DNA of 63,702 nucleotides, filler included, from Parasitella parasitica NRRL 2501 (taxonomy: Eukaryota; Fungi; Mucoromycota): assembly GCA_025201805.1 (NCBI GenBank). It is 8 parts of 8 records of this genome, joined end to end, with 100 filler letters (N's around TTAATTAATTAA, not from the genome) between each part and the next. Parts side by side here need not be neighbours in the genome. Positions count along the whole stretch, not along the records: positions 14,519 to 34,462 come from MU619360.1; positions 34,563 to 42,881 come from MU619244.1; 6 more parts are not named here. One strand, written 5' to 3'. The notes below the pieces were generated by a model. It was not told the DNA's origin. It saw only the letters and a list, made by a program, of their open reading frames with translations, and ran no database searches. How positions within the stretch are numbered: the first letter of the stretch is position 1; each line of letters opens with the position of its first letter. Both the position numbers and the translations under genes were made by a program. Below, one piece after another: positions 24,435 to 36,728 of this stretch.

Positions 24435-27111
24435 ACTTTACAGTTTATCAAAAAGTTTTACATGCTGTAGAAATTGTTAATGTAAATACTGTTAATTTAG
24501 CTCACAATAAAAAAATGCTTAATTTCATTCTTGCAATCTACAAAACATAGCAAATGCAATAGCATTTATATTTGTTGTTGAAAAAATAAAAACAATAGTG
24601 CCGCCACCCACATTTTATGTCTTGACATAATATAAATTTTTTAATCATGGCACTATTTTTACAGTACTTGGAATAGACAAGCGATTGTTTCCATAGTCGG
24701 CCCTGAACCTTTCGAATTTATCACTTTCGACTTGTCCACAGAAAGGGTCAATGGGAAGTACCGGAGTTAAATTTAATACGGATGTTGCTGTCGTTGTCAA
24801 TATCTTTGGCTTGAGTCAATGCAATGATTGAACAGTAGGACATCTCTTTTTTTTTGGTTGAAAACAGATATTTATTCAGAGAAATTATGGAGCCTTAAAC
24901 AGCTTAGTATGCCTATCTACAAATATCAAGCTGCCCAGAGTAATCCCAATTAAGAACAAGAACAACATTCAAGTCTACTACATCAAATTCTTCAGAATGA
25001 ATAGGCTTAATTGAAACGTTATTAATATCATAAACATTTCGACGAGTAAACTGTTGCTGAGCTATATAACGACCAGGATGTGATTATTTGAAGTATTATT
25101 ATTGTGGATATAGGGATACATCGTCGCATAGATTATGATAAAAATATACATTTAGGGCTTCATTTGTTATATGGGGGATAATTGGATGTTTATTTGTAAA
25201 GTTAGTACAGGTATCCAACCAATATCATATCACGGTATATACGAAGCCACTGCCATCATGACACTGCTCAATATAGCAAGGTAACGTGGGGCCTATGTGT
25301 CGTAAGTGCACCATGGTATTCAAGTTATGCAAGTTATCTATTTTATTTCCAAGGTTCATGGATGTTTATAAAAAAAAAAATGAACTTATTTATAAACAAG
25401 ATTCTATATAGATATGTACCACTGTCTTGGAGTCATCGAGGAAAGATTAAGCTGCATAAATCATGCTAACTACAAATTCAAATCTATAATTCAAGCTATT
25501 TGTAACCGAAAACTTCTGCTATGTGTAAATATTTTTAGTAAATTCAAGCCATATGTACCAAAAAGCTGCTAGCACATCTTATGTAGTTATATATGCGACA
25601 TCCCTTTTCTTACAAACACAGTTTTACAGTGTGGAATATTTGGTGTTCATTTAACACTTTTTCGTAGTTTATCGCGTTGGTCCTTTAAAAATAGGCTGAA
25701 AACCGTTGTAAACTATTTTTGGTGTTTTTTATCAAATGATACATATTAAATCCAATACACTTGGATGCTTAAACAGCACAGATCATCAACTATTTGGTTT
25801 TAATCGTCAAGATACAAAAAAAAAAGCTTAAGATCTGTTAAGAGGAAAATATTCGGTATTCGTGAACACAAATTGGGAGTCTATTAACAAATGGTTTGAG
25901 ATTTCCCTGCTATCTTTTGATTGTCAAAACTTAAAGTCTTCAAAAGCTTTTTATCTAAGCAGCGAATTAGCAAGATAGAAAAAATGAAATCCTATAGCGT
26001 GAGATGAAGAGCTTCAGAGATATATTCTACACATATCATATTGAATTGAAACATTTGGGCTATCGTTATCACTTTGCTAAACATGGCTACACCACCGGTA
26101 TTTATTACTTTGAATATGAACCGACAATTATATGTGTGCTCATTGCCATTACTGTGTTTCTATATCACAAAAACTTGTTCGCGCTTGCACAGCAACACAA
26201 AACTATTTTGTGCAGTTTTCTTCTATTTTGTATTGAAATGATACAGATTGATTTACAAAAATAAATAAAAAATGTAGCTAGAAATTACAAGTTATTGAAG
26301 GCTACGCATCTTGATTATCTATCAATCAGTTGATAAATAACAGAGATTCATTACACATATCCATTTTGTGATATTTCAGAAACTGCACATTATATAACGT
26401 TAAAGCTCTGGATCGTATTCCAGAATACTTTTTTATTGATCAGTTTTGAAGCATATTATTATCTGAGTGATGTAATGTACTCAAGTTGTAAAATCAAACA
26501 AGTTCATAATATAGCTGAATAAACTCCAGAATCAGGAAATCAATATTACTATGTGGGTTATCCAAACCACCGTAACAGACTCCATTAAGACAAATTGTTG
26601 CTGTATTGACATCTCGGAGCAAAGCTGCTCGAAGGGCAGTTAATTGATTGGCCGTCTAAAGGTTCTTGCATTTGCATCCCTTATTCTAAAAGGTTATTTA
26701 ACCGCAGCATTATTTGTAACAGCAGGACAACATTACAAATGTACTGCAACCAGTCCTCTATCAGGATGTTCTCTTCCAAAGATTATGAGTATGGAACGCG
26801 ACATCTATTTAACATGAATACAAGTTGAGGCAGCCTTTCAAACCTGAAAAAAGTCAACATCTGACTTTATATTCAATCAAGTACTTTAAGCAGATCAAAT
26901 CCTATTCTTTTCGCTTCTCTTTCTTTCTTTCTTATTTCACTTGAAAACAGCTATAAATAGTCGAGAAATAATCACGTTAAATATTTAAGGTTTCTTCTTT
27001 CAACTGATTAAGGTACAGACCCTTCAGTGTCAGAACACATCAACAAATCGAGCAAGAAAAAAGTTGAAGTTTCCAAGACAAACTTAAGAGCCAAAGTCTG
27101 AACACAACAGA

Positions 27112-28963
27112 ATGGGTGTAGTCCTGTCAACCTTATCTTTCAATAAAAAGTAAGTATGGTGTCTATCAATTCGCTTAGCATGATTTTGACAGCATGACAC
27201 ACCATAGGAATAGAAGAGGAGATGTAGAAGACGTCACTGGGCCTCCGCTCATCATCGGCTCGTACAGGAGACTTCCTAATATGAATAGTGAGGATTTCCC
27301 CTCTAAAACTGACCAGCCTTCTATGTCTTCTTCTATTATCGAAACAACTGTGCTAAATCAAGAACACAATATCAACCAACAACGCAATGTTACTGGTAAG
27401 TTTTTCCAATGCTATTGAATCAAATAAATGTTGATGTTTTTTTTTACACTTTCATTCCTCATCTTTGTTCCTAGACATAACAACAAAGTTAAAAATACCT
27501 AAAAGAGCTTGGTCGACGTATCATTTATTCCACTTAACAAATACTTTGAAGAAAGATACTGTTGTAAATTCATCAAAATTGATCAAACCACCGAGAATTC
27601 GACCAAAAACCAAAGAAATCTCAGAGGAAGACGACGACGAAGACGAAGACGAAGACGACGAACCTGTTGAAATGGAGCAACTTATTACAATGATGCAGAA
27701 CCATAAAGTTTCTAATGAGGTGTCCTCATTCAAATTTACCTTTGATACCGGCAATGACAACAATACTAGTAATAACAACAATATATCACCCATGCCACCA
27801 CCACCACCTTCGCCATCTTCGCAATCATCAGGCAGAAGCCAGTGGTCTTCTTCTCCTGAGTTCAAGTTTTCATTTTCAGCCAACATAAATCAAAAAAATC
27901 AAGGTATGATGATTTTAGAAATGTAAGGAAACTTGTACTAAAAAAATGATAAATTTATATAATGAATCGCTATGTAGAAGAAGAGTTAGATTTCTATCAA
28001 GAAAATCAACAGCAACAACAACAAAATCAAACAGCTAACATCAATGATCATTGTTATCCTGTTGTAAATCGGAAGATATTGCCAATGCCAAAGCCTCGTT
28101 GGAAGAAATCTGATGATAACGATGGTGGTTTAATCAAGCCAAGAAGTTTGACCAACAGTACCAATAGCAGCGATAAGATAGCTTGTACATCAGTAATTGA
28201 TGAGACTGTAGAAAGTAAAATGGATCAACGAGATAATTCAAAGAAATTAAAATCATCTCCTACTGGTGATGGCATTCTTCAACATCCAGTTGCAGATAAC
28301 AAAAGAAAGGAAAGGAATTGGAAGGATCACTCTAGTACAAGTGCAGAGGTTACTGAATTTCGTAGCCAAGCATTTTATGCATTCGAGAAGAAAAAGTCTA
28401 CTGTACGCTTTGGCTCCCCTCTAAAAAATGAAGTGCCAGTGAATCAAGTTAAAATCACTGTATCTGAATCTCAGTTGCCACGAACACCATCATTACCACC
28501 ACCATCATCATCACTTACTGCTACTGCATCCAATACCACTACTACTATAAAATCATCGCCAACACTCACAACTGAAACGCCAAATGCAGTAGAATCCACA
28601 ACTGTTGTTAAACCATTGCCTAAATTATCCACCAAGAAGCCTGTACCTATAAGAAAAGAAGGGAAATCATCATCAGCTTCATCTTCTCAATCCACATACT
28701 TCAAAAAAGCTAATAACAATGCTACTGCTATCACCAAAAAGAAGAATGCGCATAGAAAGAAGTTCAACAAAGAAGAAATGGCCCCTGGCGGATTTCTATC
28801 CTCAGATATCACCCTCTTTGAAAATCCCATATCTACTGATGATTGGATTTGCCTTTTCTGCCAATACGATATTTTAATGCATGGCTTTGAAGATGTTAAA
28901 AAGAAGAATAACTTTAGTCAAAAGAAACGTGAAAAGAGTACTTTGGACACGTCCATTTTTTAA
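27112..28963 (+). CDS. Hypothetical low-complexity protein with a C-terminal WICLFC motif, multi-exon
   Basis: Consecutive ORFs linked by GT-AG introns. S/T/P/Q-rich, ends with DDWICLFCQYD. Confidence 0.6.
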
Positions 28964-29079
28964 ATTCCATCTTTTTTTTTTTTTTTTTTTTTTTTNNNNN
29001 NNNNNTAAAAATAATCTTCAATAAAGCGCTCTTTTATCACTAATCTTATAACATTAACAGATACAATAAACAACCATCG

Positions 29080-29400
29080 TTCAGTCAATAAACAACTTGA
29101 AAATTATACCAGTGGGCTTATCATCGGCAGATATCAAGTTAAACAAAAGATTTGTCAAATTCGCATGAAATGTACTTGACAAGTCCACTATAAAACAGGA
29201 AGCGGAGTAATCCAAAAACGGTGCAGCTGAAGTTGTCTGAGAAAACCCTTTTATATTACAGGTAGTTGGAATTGACATATAATCACAGACGCTATAAATC
29301 TATGCTGACAGACACGGCTTTGGATCGTATTTTCCGGCATCTGTACCAATATTAAACCCTAATCGAATCGAAAAAAGACTTGGGCTACAGAAAAAGGGGC
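29080..29400 (+). pseudogene. Tc1-like transposase HTH remnant
   Basis: NKQLENYTSGLIIGRYQ and YADRHGFGSY by manual translation. Heavily disabled. Confidence 0.35.
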
Positions 29401-29857
29401 TGAATTGAGGTGATTTAGATGAAACCTAAGAACATCATACTAACCACATGTATATATAAATTTCTTCTCGTTTTCAGCATTTTGATATTCTGGTGGCCTT
29501 TTAACCCCAAGAAGCCAATACCATTCTTGTTTTGAGAAAGCACAAATATTAATAACTTTCTCGCTCCACAAAATAGATCATAAAATAAATAAAAACCAAA
29601 AAACACCGCCCCATTCTTAGCCATCCTTTTACCTTAGCTTTTATACAAAACCTTACTAACAATTAGAATTGTTGAGCTACTAACTTAATAAACCTGAATT
29701 TCACTCACTCACACTATTACAATAAAATTGGTCATTTTATACAACTGAAAACAACCATTCAAACTCTTTTGTCAAACTTGGTCCTCAAATAATTATCTAT
29801 GATTTACATTAGCAAATATGCAATCACTCGTTTATTTCATCATTTTAAAAGGTTAAA

Positions 29858-32439
29858 CTATTGACGATGGCTACTTCTCCATTGGTGAAGCAAGAAAAGC
29901 GCTTCTTTTTTGGCAATTTCTCTGTCTTTGGGATTATTGATAGTGAGCAATGTTGTCTTATCGCCTGCATTTCCTACACTTTGATCGTGTGTCTCGAACT
30001 TTGAGATACATGTCGCATTTTGCTTTAATATGCTGTATGATACTTTATCTTTCTTGATATCTTCACTTGTAAAATCTAAATTGAACAATTCGACATCTTT
30101 TGAAGGTGACATGTAATAATTTGTGAGGTCAAATTTTGCAATAGCCAGAGATGCCTTATTATCAATAACTCGTCTTTTATATAAAGTAAAATTACCATGA
30201 GAGCCTCGTTATACATATATAATGAATGCTAACCTTGATATACTTCTTTTATGGATACTCTGAGCGAAGATTCTTTCTTCAATGGTTGATGATGTTATCA
30301 GTCTATAAACAAACACCGATTTCTTTTGGCCATATCGAAAAACTCGACCTATACTTTGCTCATCGTATAATGGATTCCAATCTTGATCCACCAGAACAAC
30401 CCGGTTAGCAGCAGTCAAGTTAATGCCGATAGCAGCAGCCTTGGCAGAGAGTAGTATCACACCAAGGTTTTCATCATTTTGGAAATTGTTAACAATAGCC
30501 TGCCGTTCTGATCCTGGAGTCCTGCCATCGATTCTGCAAATTTTGACACCGAAAATAGGCAGTAGGTTTTGGATATAATCTAATTACCAATACACAAAAC
30601 GTTGAGAAAAAAAACACCTGAATAAACATTGATATTTACCCAAGCAAGTGATACTGTGAGAAACAAGCACAACTTTATCCTTGACATTTTGACATTCTTT
30701 CACCAAATCCACAATAAAAGACATTTTTCCTGACGCTTTCCAAGTTTCAATATCAGTGTTTTCGAGATAATCGATTGCAAAATGAAATCCATCTTGAACC
30801 AGCCATTTTTCAAACGCATCCTCTTCGTTATCTTCTACAATATCGTCATCAAAATTTTCTTGAATTTGATAAGCTCCATCCACTGCGTCTGCTGGTATGC
30901 TGCGAATATCCTCCATAATTTCATCATCATCGACTGGAAGAGACACTTCTTCATTTTCAGTATCCTTGTGTAATTCTCTTTTAAGCTTTTGAATCCGGTG
31001 TCGTTCTTGTCTTCTCTTCAACAGCTGAAATAGTAAGCGTAAGCTACATTTCGTGGATAGTAAATATTTTCGATACTCACAGACTGAAAGATCTTTGGAT
31101 GATTACACATTGCTCTCAATACCAGAAGGCCTACAAGTGGCGAATCTACAAAGCTCGCCTTGACCAACTTTTCATAGCCTTCGAATTGAACTGAATTCAT
31201 TTTAAAGCGGACAACGTATTCTGTTTTTGTTGGTAAATCAAGTGACAGAACAGATTGACCTCGTCTATGAGATATATTATCCGTGATGATTTGAAGAACA
31301 TACATTTTCATCGCTGCTTGGTGTTTGATATTTTTGCTGGAATCAGTATAGCATTTCTCGATAATGTTAGCAAAGTAAGATTTAAAAGTATCAGGATCTC
31401 CAAGTAGATTAGGAGCAATAAAGTCAATCATATGGTAATATTCGAACAAGCAGTTTTGCAAAGGATAGCCTGTCAGGCAAATCCTCGTACGAGTCCGCAC
31501 TTGATTGATCAGTGCTGAAATATGACTTGCTGAACTCTTAATGCGATGTCCTTCATCCAGTATAATCACATCTGCGCCCGGATTAACCAGCATTTTGAAG
31601 AATTCTTCTTTCTCATTATCGCCTTTTCTAATAAGCAATGCACGATATTGATCATAATTAATCAGCATTACACCGCCATGAGTATACCAATATCTCAAAT
31701 ATCGCATACGATCAGATACTTTGGCTCCAACCTCTACACATGGCGAATAAACAATCAGTAATAATACCATGCGTCATAAATAAATCAAACAAACCAGCTA
31801 TATTAAACACATCTCCTATAATATTCTGCAAGTCTTTAGTCGCCCATTTTGAGAATTCGTTAACCCAATTAGTCAAGGTGATGAACGGTGCAATAATTAA
31901 TACTCGCTTTCCCTGATTTATGGAGTGAATATTCACATAAACTTTGTCATGTAATATGTAATTACCGTTGGAAATTTTGTCGACGGATATCTTTGTAAAT
32001 GCTGATACATGGAAGTCAAGAGAGCAATTGTTTGTAAAGTTTTACCAAGGCCCATCGAGTGAGCTAATAAACAGCCCTGCCTTTTGTTATACACGCGGTC
32101 CCACATGAATTGAAGGCCTTCAAACTGATGAGCTTTCAGAACCGTTCGATATTTCGCATCGAGAATAAAACCAATACTATTCATAGCTTGCATAGTTGCT
32201 AAATTTTGGTAATGCTCTTCATTGTCATCTAAATTGTCAACATCTACTACTTCTTGATGGTTTATGTTTGTTGATATTTGACCATGAAAATCAACCAAAA
32301 ACTCATCCAATTTCCTTTTATTTGTAGATTCATTCTCTTTGAAGATTGAGATATCCAAAGACTTTACTATCAAAAGTTCTTCAGGAATAAGTTTATTGGA
32401 TTTTTGATGTAGTATTTTATTCAAAATATCCATGGACAT
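29858..32439 (-). CDS. SNF2-family helicase (ATRX/RAD54L2-like), multi-exon
   Basis: GCLLAHSMGLGKTLQ, ILDEGHRIK, LTGYPLQN, CNHP, SGKM, GINLTAANRVVLVDQDWNP and QSIGRVFRYGQ. Confidence 0.88.
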
Positions 32440-32541
32440 TGTGTTAGAAAAAAAAATGAATGGAAGGGGAGCAATAATAAGAAAAAAAAAAAAGAGCTGA
32501 GCGTCGCCTAAAAGTGACATGCTGTAAAAACATGTCAAAAA

Positions 32542-33018
32542 TTAGTATATCTTGTCTTTTTTTGCGGCTCTGATCGCTTGTTGATATTCGAAATGCTCTA
32601 CAAGATCCCAGTCTTTATGATCCTGCAATGCTTTTGATGGCACCACCTGTTTAATTAAAAGTTAAATATTTTAAATTCAATTGCATGTTCTTGTAATTGT
32701 AATTTTTACCTCTTCAATAGGGTTATTCTTCCAGACAACAGCATATTTCACTTGTCCAGTGGCATTTTTCAATCGTCTAGTAACTTTTTCAATTCGCATA
32801 TCTATATACTTGGCTTTCAGTTTTTCTCTTGCTGCTTCACGTAAACTCTCTTCGTCGCTTTCGTAATTTTGTTCTGGTGGTATATACATATGAATAGAAT
32901 CAGGACGAAGGTACTGGTCTCTTACACTTTGAGATATCACTGGTATAAATATGGATCTTAAAACACTATCTGCCACATCCGGATATACTTGTGAGGATTT
33001 TAGTCTTTGTGAGTACAT
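32542..33018 (-). CDS. Small chromo-like domain protein (two exons)
   Basis: IEKVTRR..GQVKYAVVWKN, intron, then VVPSKALQDHKDWDLVEHFEYQQ...KIY*. Confidence 0.6.
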
Positions 33019-33419
33019 GTTTTATAAGTTAATATAAGGAAGTGCACAAAAACAATTTTTTCCCTGACGTGTATTTAGTGCCCAGTAAAATCTGTAAAAA
33101 ATCTTGTGGTGATGAAAAAGCACGACGATTATGTTCGTAAATTTACGGGACCGCTGCTTCTAAAATCTCACAAGTCAAATGATTAATAGTATAAGCACTA
33201 CTATCATTTATGTAGCGGTATGATTTTTTTTGAGAAAACATTAGTGCAAAGCTCAACTTATTTATCAACAAACAAGACAAGATGACACGACAAAAAGAGC
33301 ACATCGAAATCACAGAAAACACGAGCTGCGAACGCGTAAAGTATTAGCCGAATATACGTAAAACTTATCAAGACAATAGTGTTTTATTTATTTATGAATT
33401 ATCTGATAATAGGATTCGT

Positions 33420-33640
33420 GTGTGGTGGAGTATAGTATCATAGTAATAAGAATATAATCGTAATAACAATAGAAGAAGATAATATATGTAGTATCATCAG
33501 TTAGTAGTAGTACCGTATAGTAGTAATGTAGGAGTAGCGGCGGCAAATGTTATACAGAAAAAGAAGTAGTGGACTACTGGCACTATTACAATACTACACA
33601 CGCACGTTCTACAATTACCACCACTAGTAGTAAAGGCGTG
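33420..33640. repeat. Low-complexity AGT/TAG-rich tract
   Basis: Degenerate agtagtag and actact runs. Confidence 0.5.
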
Positions 33641-34171
33641 GAATGTTCAAATAAGTTTGTGATGCAGCAACTAGTAGGTTCCAAAGCAAGCAACGGCAGT
33701 GGTTGTTTGAGATGTGAAGATTAGACAATTTTTGATTAGAGTATTACGCGTGAAAATAATCTCAACCGAAAGAGTTTAAGCACATAATCAATAGCTCGAG
33801 AGAGTGATTACCACAAATTTTAAGCTGTCAATGTAGCAGAGGTGCTGCTGACATATTGCTGTGCCTGAGATCCAACTTCTCCAGTGTTCTCCAAACAGTG
33901 CGAAAATTATAGTCCCACTAACGCCGAAATTACACTGCTATAAGTTATCTAATTATGATGTATTCCACTGCTAAATCTTCTCACTAAATCAATTCCTACA
34001 AGTGCTACACTTCCTGGTTTGCTGCGAAGAATATACTACATAATAACTGTTTCGGGTACGAGTTAGTTTAACATCTCTACTTTTGCTGGATATATCGTGA
34101 TATCTTGGTTGCTATCACGGCAGAAAGATAAGCAGGCTTACTCAAAAATGTCAAGGCTCAGATACACTATT

Positions 34172-34462
34172 TGTTATGTATACGTCAGCTCGTATTCTTG
34201 GACCAATATTCTCAACAATCCAAAATCTCCAACAAGGCAACAGTACTGACACAACATATTTTCTATTCGATCATCAATGATGGGTGAATAGATACTACCA
34301 CAGCAGTGATCTATTGCCTATTCAAGACTACAGATAACTTTGGATAGACACGTCGCCCAGTGGAAAACAAGTTATGCTCAGATAGCGATGATTATGCCTG
34401 TTCTTATGGCGCATATGACAGGCTTTATATTGCTCTTTATCTTAGTCTATCACCGCTTATAT
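34172..34462 (+). mobile_element. LTR fragment related to the gypsy LTR at 59178
   Basis: tgttatgtatacgtcagctcgtattcttgga vs tgatatgttacatcagctcatattcttgga, plus a shared ttttctattcg.tcatcaa. Confidence 0.65.
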
Positions 34463-34881
34463 NNNNNNNNNNNNNNNNNNNNNNNNNNNNNNNNNNNNNN
34501 NNNNNNTTAATTAATTAANNNNNNNNNNNNNNNNNNNNNNNNNNNNNNNNNNNNNNNNNNNNGGTAAGATAATGGTCCAATAATTAACTCTGATTCGTCT
34601 AAAATAGTTTCTTTTTTATCTGAAAATAATTATTTTGTTTTCCAAAATAGGTAAGCTATTTGTCTAATTATTAATTTCAATTCGTCCAGAAAAAAATTAA
34701 CATCGTCTGAATTTAAAGTAGAAAAACTGTATTTTGTGTTTTTTTAACGGCCGATGAACATTCAGCAATTGCAAACAAACATTGTCCACGTAGATCCAGC
34801 TGGCGCAGAAGACTTTATTTTTAAAGAAAACGAGGAATTAACTCTATACGCAAGGCTTTAAAAGCATAAATTTTTATTCTT

Positions 34882-35640
34882 CTAGGCGAAATCTATAGCT
34901 GATATATCAGGAACGGCACCATGATCCACCAAAACTTGGAACATGTCCCATAGATTTTTCTGTACACATGCTTTCAAAGTCTCGCTATCTGGTTTGACAT
35001 GCAATTCGTCTAAAAAGTAATCCACCATTTCTCTGTTATCTCTTGCCGCACAAACTCTAAGTGCCATATTATTACGAATTGTTGCATCTGCACCAAATGC
35101 GATCAATAGCTTCACCTGATCTAATCTTCCAAGTTGGGCTGATTTGATTAGAGGGTACCCTTTTGGCCGATTTGGTGAAGCACCCTTCTGTAATAGGGCT
35201 ACTATAATAGAGTCTCGTTCTTGCAATGTTTCCGCAGGGTCTTGCAGAAATAATCGGGCGGGTATCTTTTTGTTTTTATATTCAAGTGTGGGTTGCACCC
35301 GTTCGAAACGATGTAAAAGCTCCATATTAAAAAAAGGAAATTTAACAGCGTCCTCAAAGGCTTTCTCAATATCGTTTTGTGTACGGCTCAATAAAAAAGA
35401 TATCTTTATTGAATCATGGCAGAGATAGAGCTGCTGATGTAGGTGTTTACAGGTGACAGGTAAAGCTGGATTGCCAGATAATATGAATATATTGGACAGT
35501 ATTTCGAATGGCAGTTTGAATAGGCCACATGGCTTTAGCTCTCCAAACTTTCCATCTTGATCCTTGTCGCTGCTGTCATCAGAGGATGAGGATGAGCTGA
35601 CTTCCCAATCCTGGTATAGTAAGCCCTGCTGCCTCGACAT
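34882..35640 (-). CDS. F-box-like plus ankyrin-repeat protein
   Basis: LFKLPFEILSNIF, LLQKGASPN, PLIKSAQLGRLDQVKLLIAFGAD and NNMALR. Confidence 0.75.
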   Translation of the reverse strand: MSRQQGLLYQDWEVSSSSSSDDSSDKDQDGKFGELKPCGLFKLPFEILSNIFILSGNPALPVTCKHLHQQLYLCHDSIKISFLLSRTQNDIEKAFEDAVKFPFFNMELLHRFERVQPTLEYKNKKIPARLFLQDPAETLQERDSIIVALLQKGASPNRPKGYPLIKSAQLGRLDQVKLLIAFGADATIRNNMALRVCAARDNREMVDYFLDELHVKPDSETLKACVQKNLWDMFQVLVDHGAVPDISAIDFA

Positions 35641-35793
35641 GAATTAATGATAAAACAACCAAAATAAGGCATTTGGTATTCTAGTTCTATAATTTATATT
35701 GACTGTTTAGACGTTTTAGTGGCTTCGAGATAATTCAAGTCAACTTTTTTTTTTTTTCCATGTTCAACTGGATTCCATATTATTTTGTTCATC

Positions 35794-36693
35794 ATGGTAG
35801 CCGAAAAACGCTCTCAAGAGTCTACAGAAAGCGAACCTAAGCGTATTCGTGTCGGTGCTATTCGTACTGATGTCGATATTCATATGGTACCCCATGCACC
35901 AAAAGTGCCAAAGACAGCTATCGAAAAAGAAAATGCCAGACGTCTTATTGTCATTTTGGAACAAGCTACTTTAGAAACACTGAAAATTGGCAAAAACAAG
36001 GAAGGTCATTACCAACTTTTGAATGTGGACGATCATTTGCATATTCTTAAAAAGAACAACCGTGAGACTTATGAAGCTCGCCCTGATATTACACATCAAG
36101 TAAGTGAGAGCTGGAGGAAAGAAATTGGGATTCTGAAATATTTCATCGATTAGTGTCTTTTAACGCTCTTGGATAGCCCTTTAAATAAGGCAGGCCTTTT
36201 GCAAGTTTACATTCATACCCACAAGAATGTTTTGATCGAAGTAAATCCTCACATCAGAATACCTAGAACTTTTAAACGTTTTGCAGGTTTGATGGTCCAG
36301 TTACTCCATAAATTGAGTATCCGTGCTGTCAATGGCAACGAAAAGCTTCTACGTATCATTGAAAACCCTGTCGAGAAATATTTACCAAGTAATAGTCATA
36401 AAATCGGTAAGTTCTATATCTGCAACTGCATAGAAGCAATTATTTGTTCATTAAAATTGCGTTTTACAGCACTCTCCTGGGATGCACCCACAATCAAGCT
36501 ATCAGAGTATATGCCTACTATTCCTGAGGACAAAAATATTGTTGTTGCAGTTGGCTCGATGGCTCATGGTACAGATGATTTTGCCGATGCCTATGTAGAT
36601 GAAAAGATCAGTATATCTGATTACTCGTTATCTGCATCCGTTGCTTGCGGCAAAATCGCATGTGCAGTAGAGGAGCTATGGGGAATATTGTAA
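35794..36693 (+). CDS. EMG1: 18S rRNA pseudouridine methyltransferase Emg1/Nep1
   Basis: [44 protein letters not shown] and YSLSASVAC. Confidence 0.95.
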
Positions 36694-36728
36694 ATAAAGT
36701 AAAAAGAAATTAGACATTAGGTTGAAGT

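Noticed and set aside
26620-26800. Minus-strand CPAV...RDANA resembling a second Fanzor RuvC-III remnant
   Set aside because: Too short and stop-ridden to distinguish from chance.
33420-33640. Possible telomeric or centromeric repeat
   Set aside because: Irregular low-complexity tract with no fixed unit.
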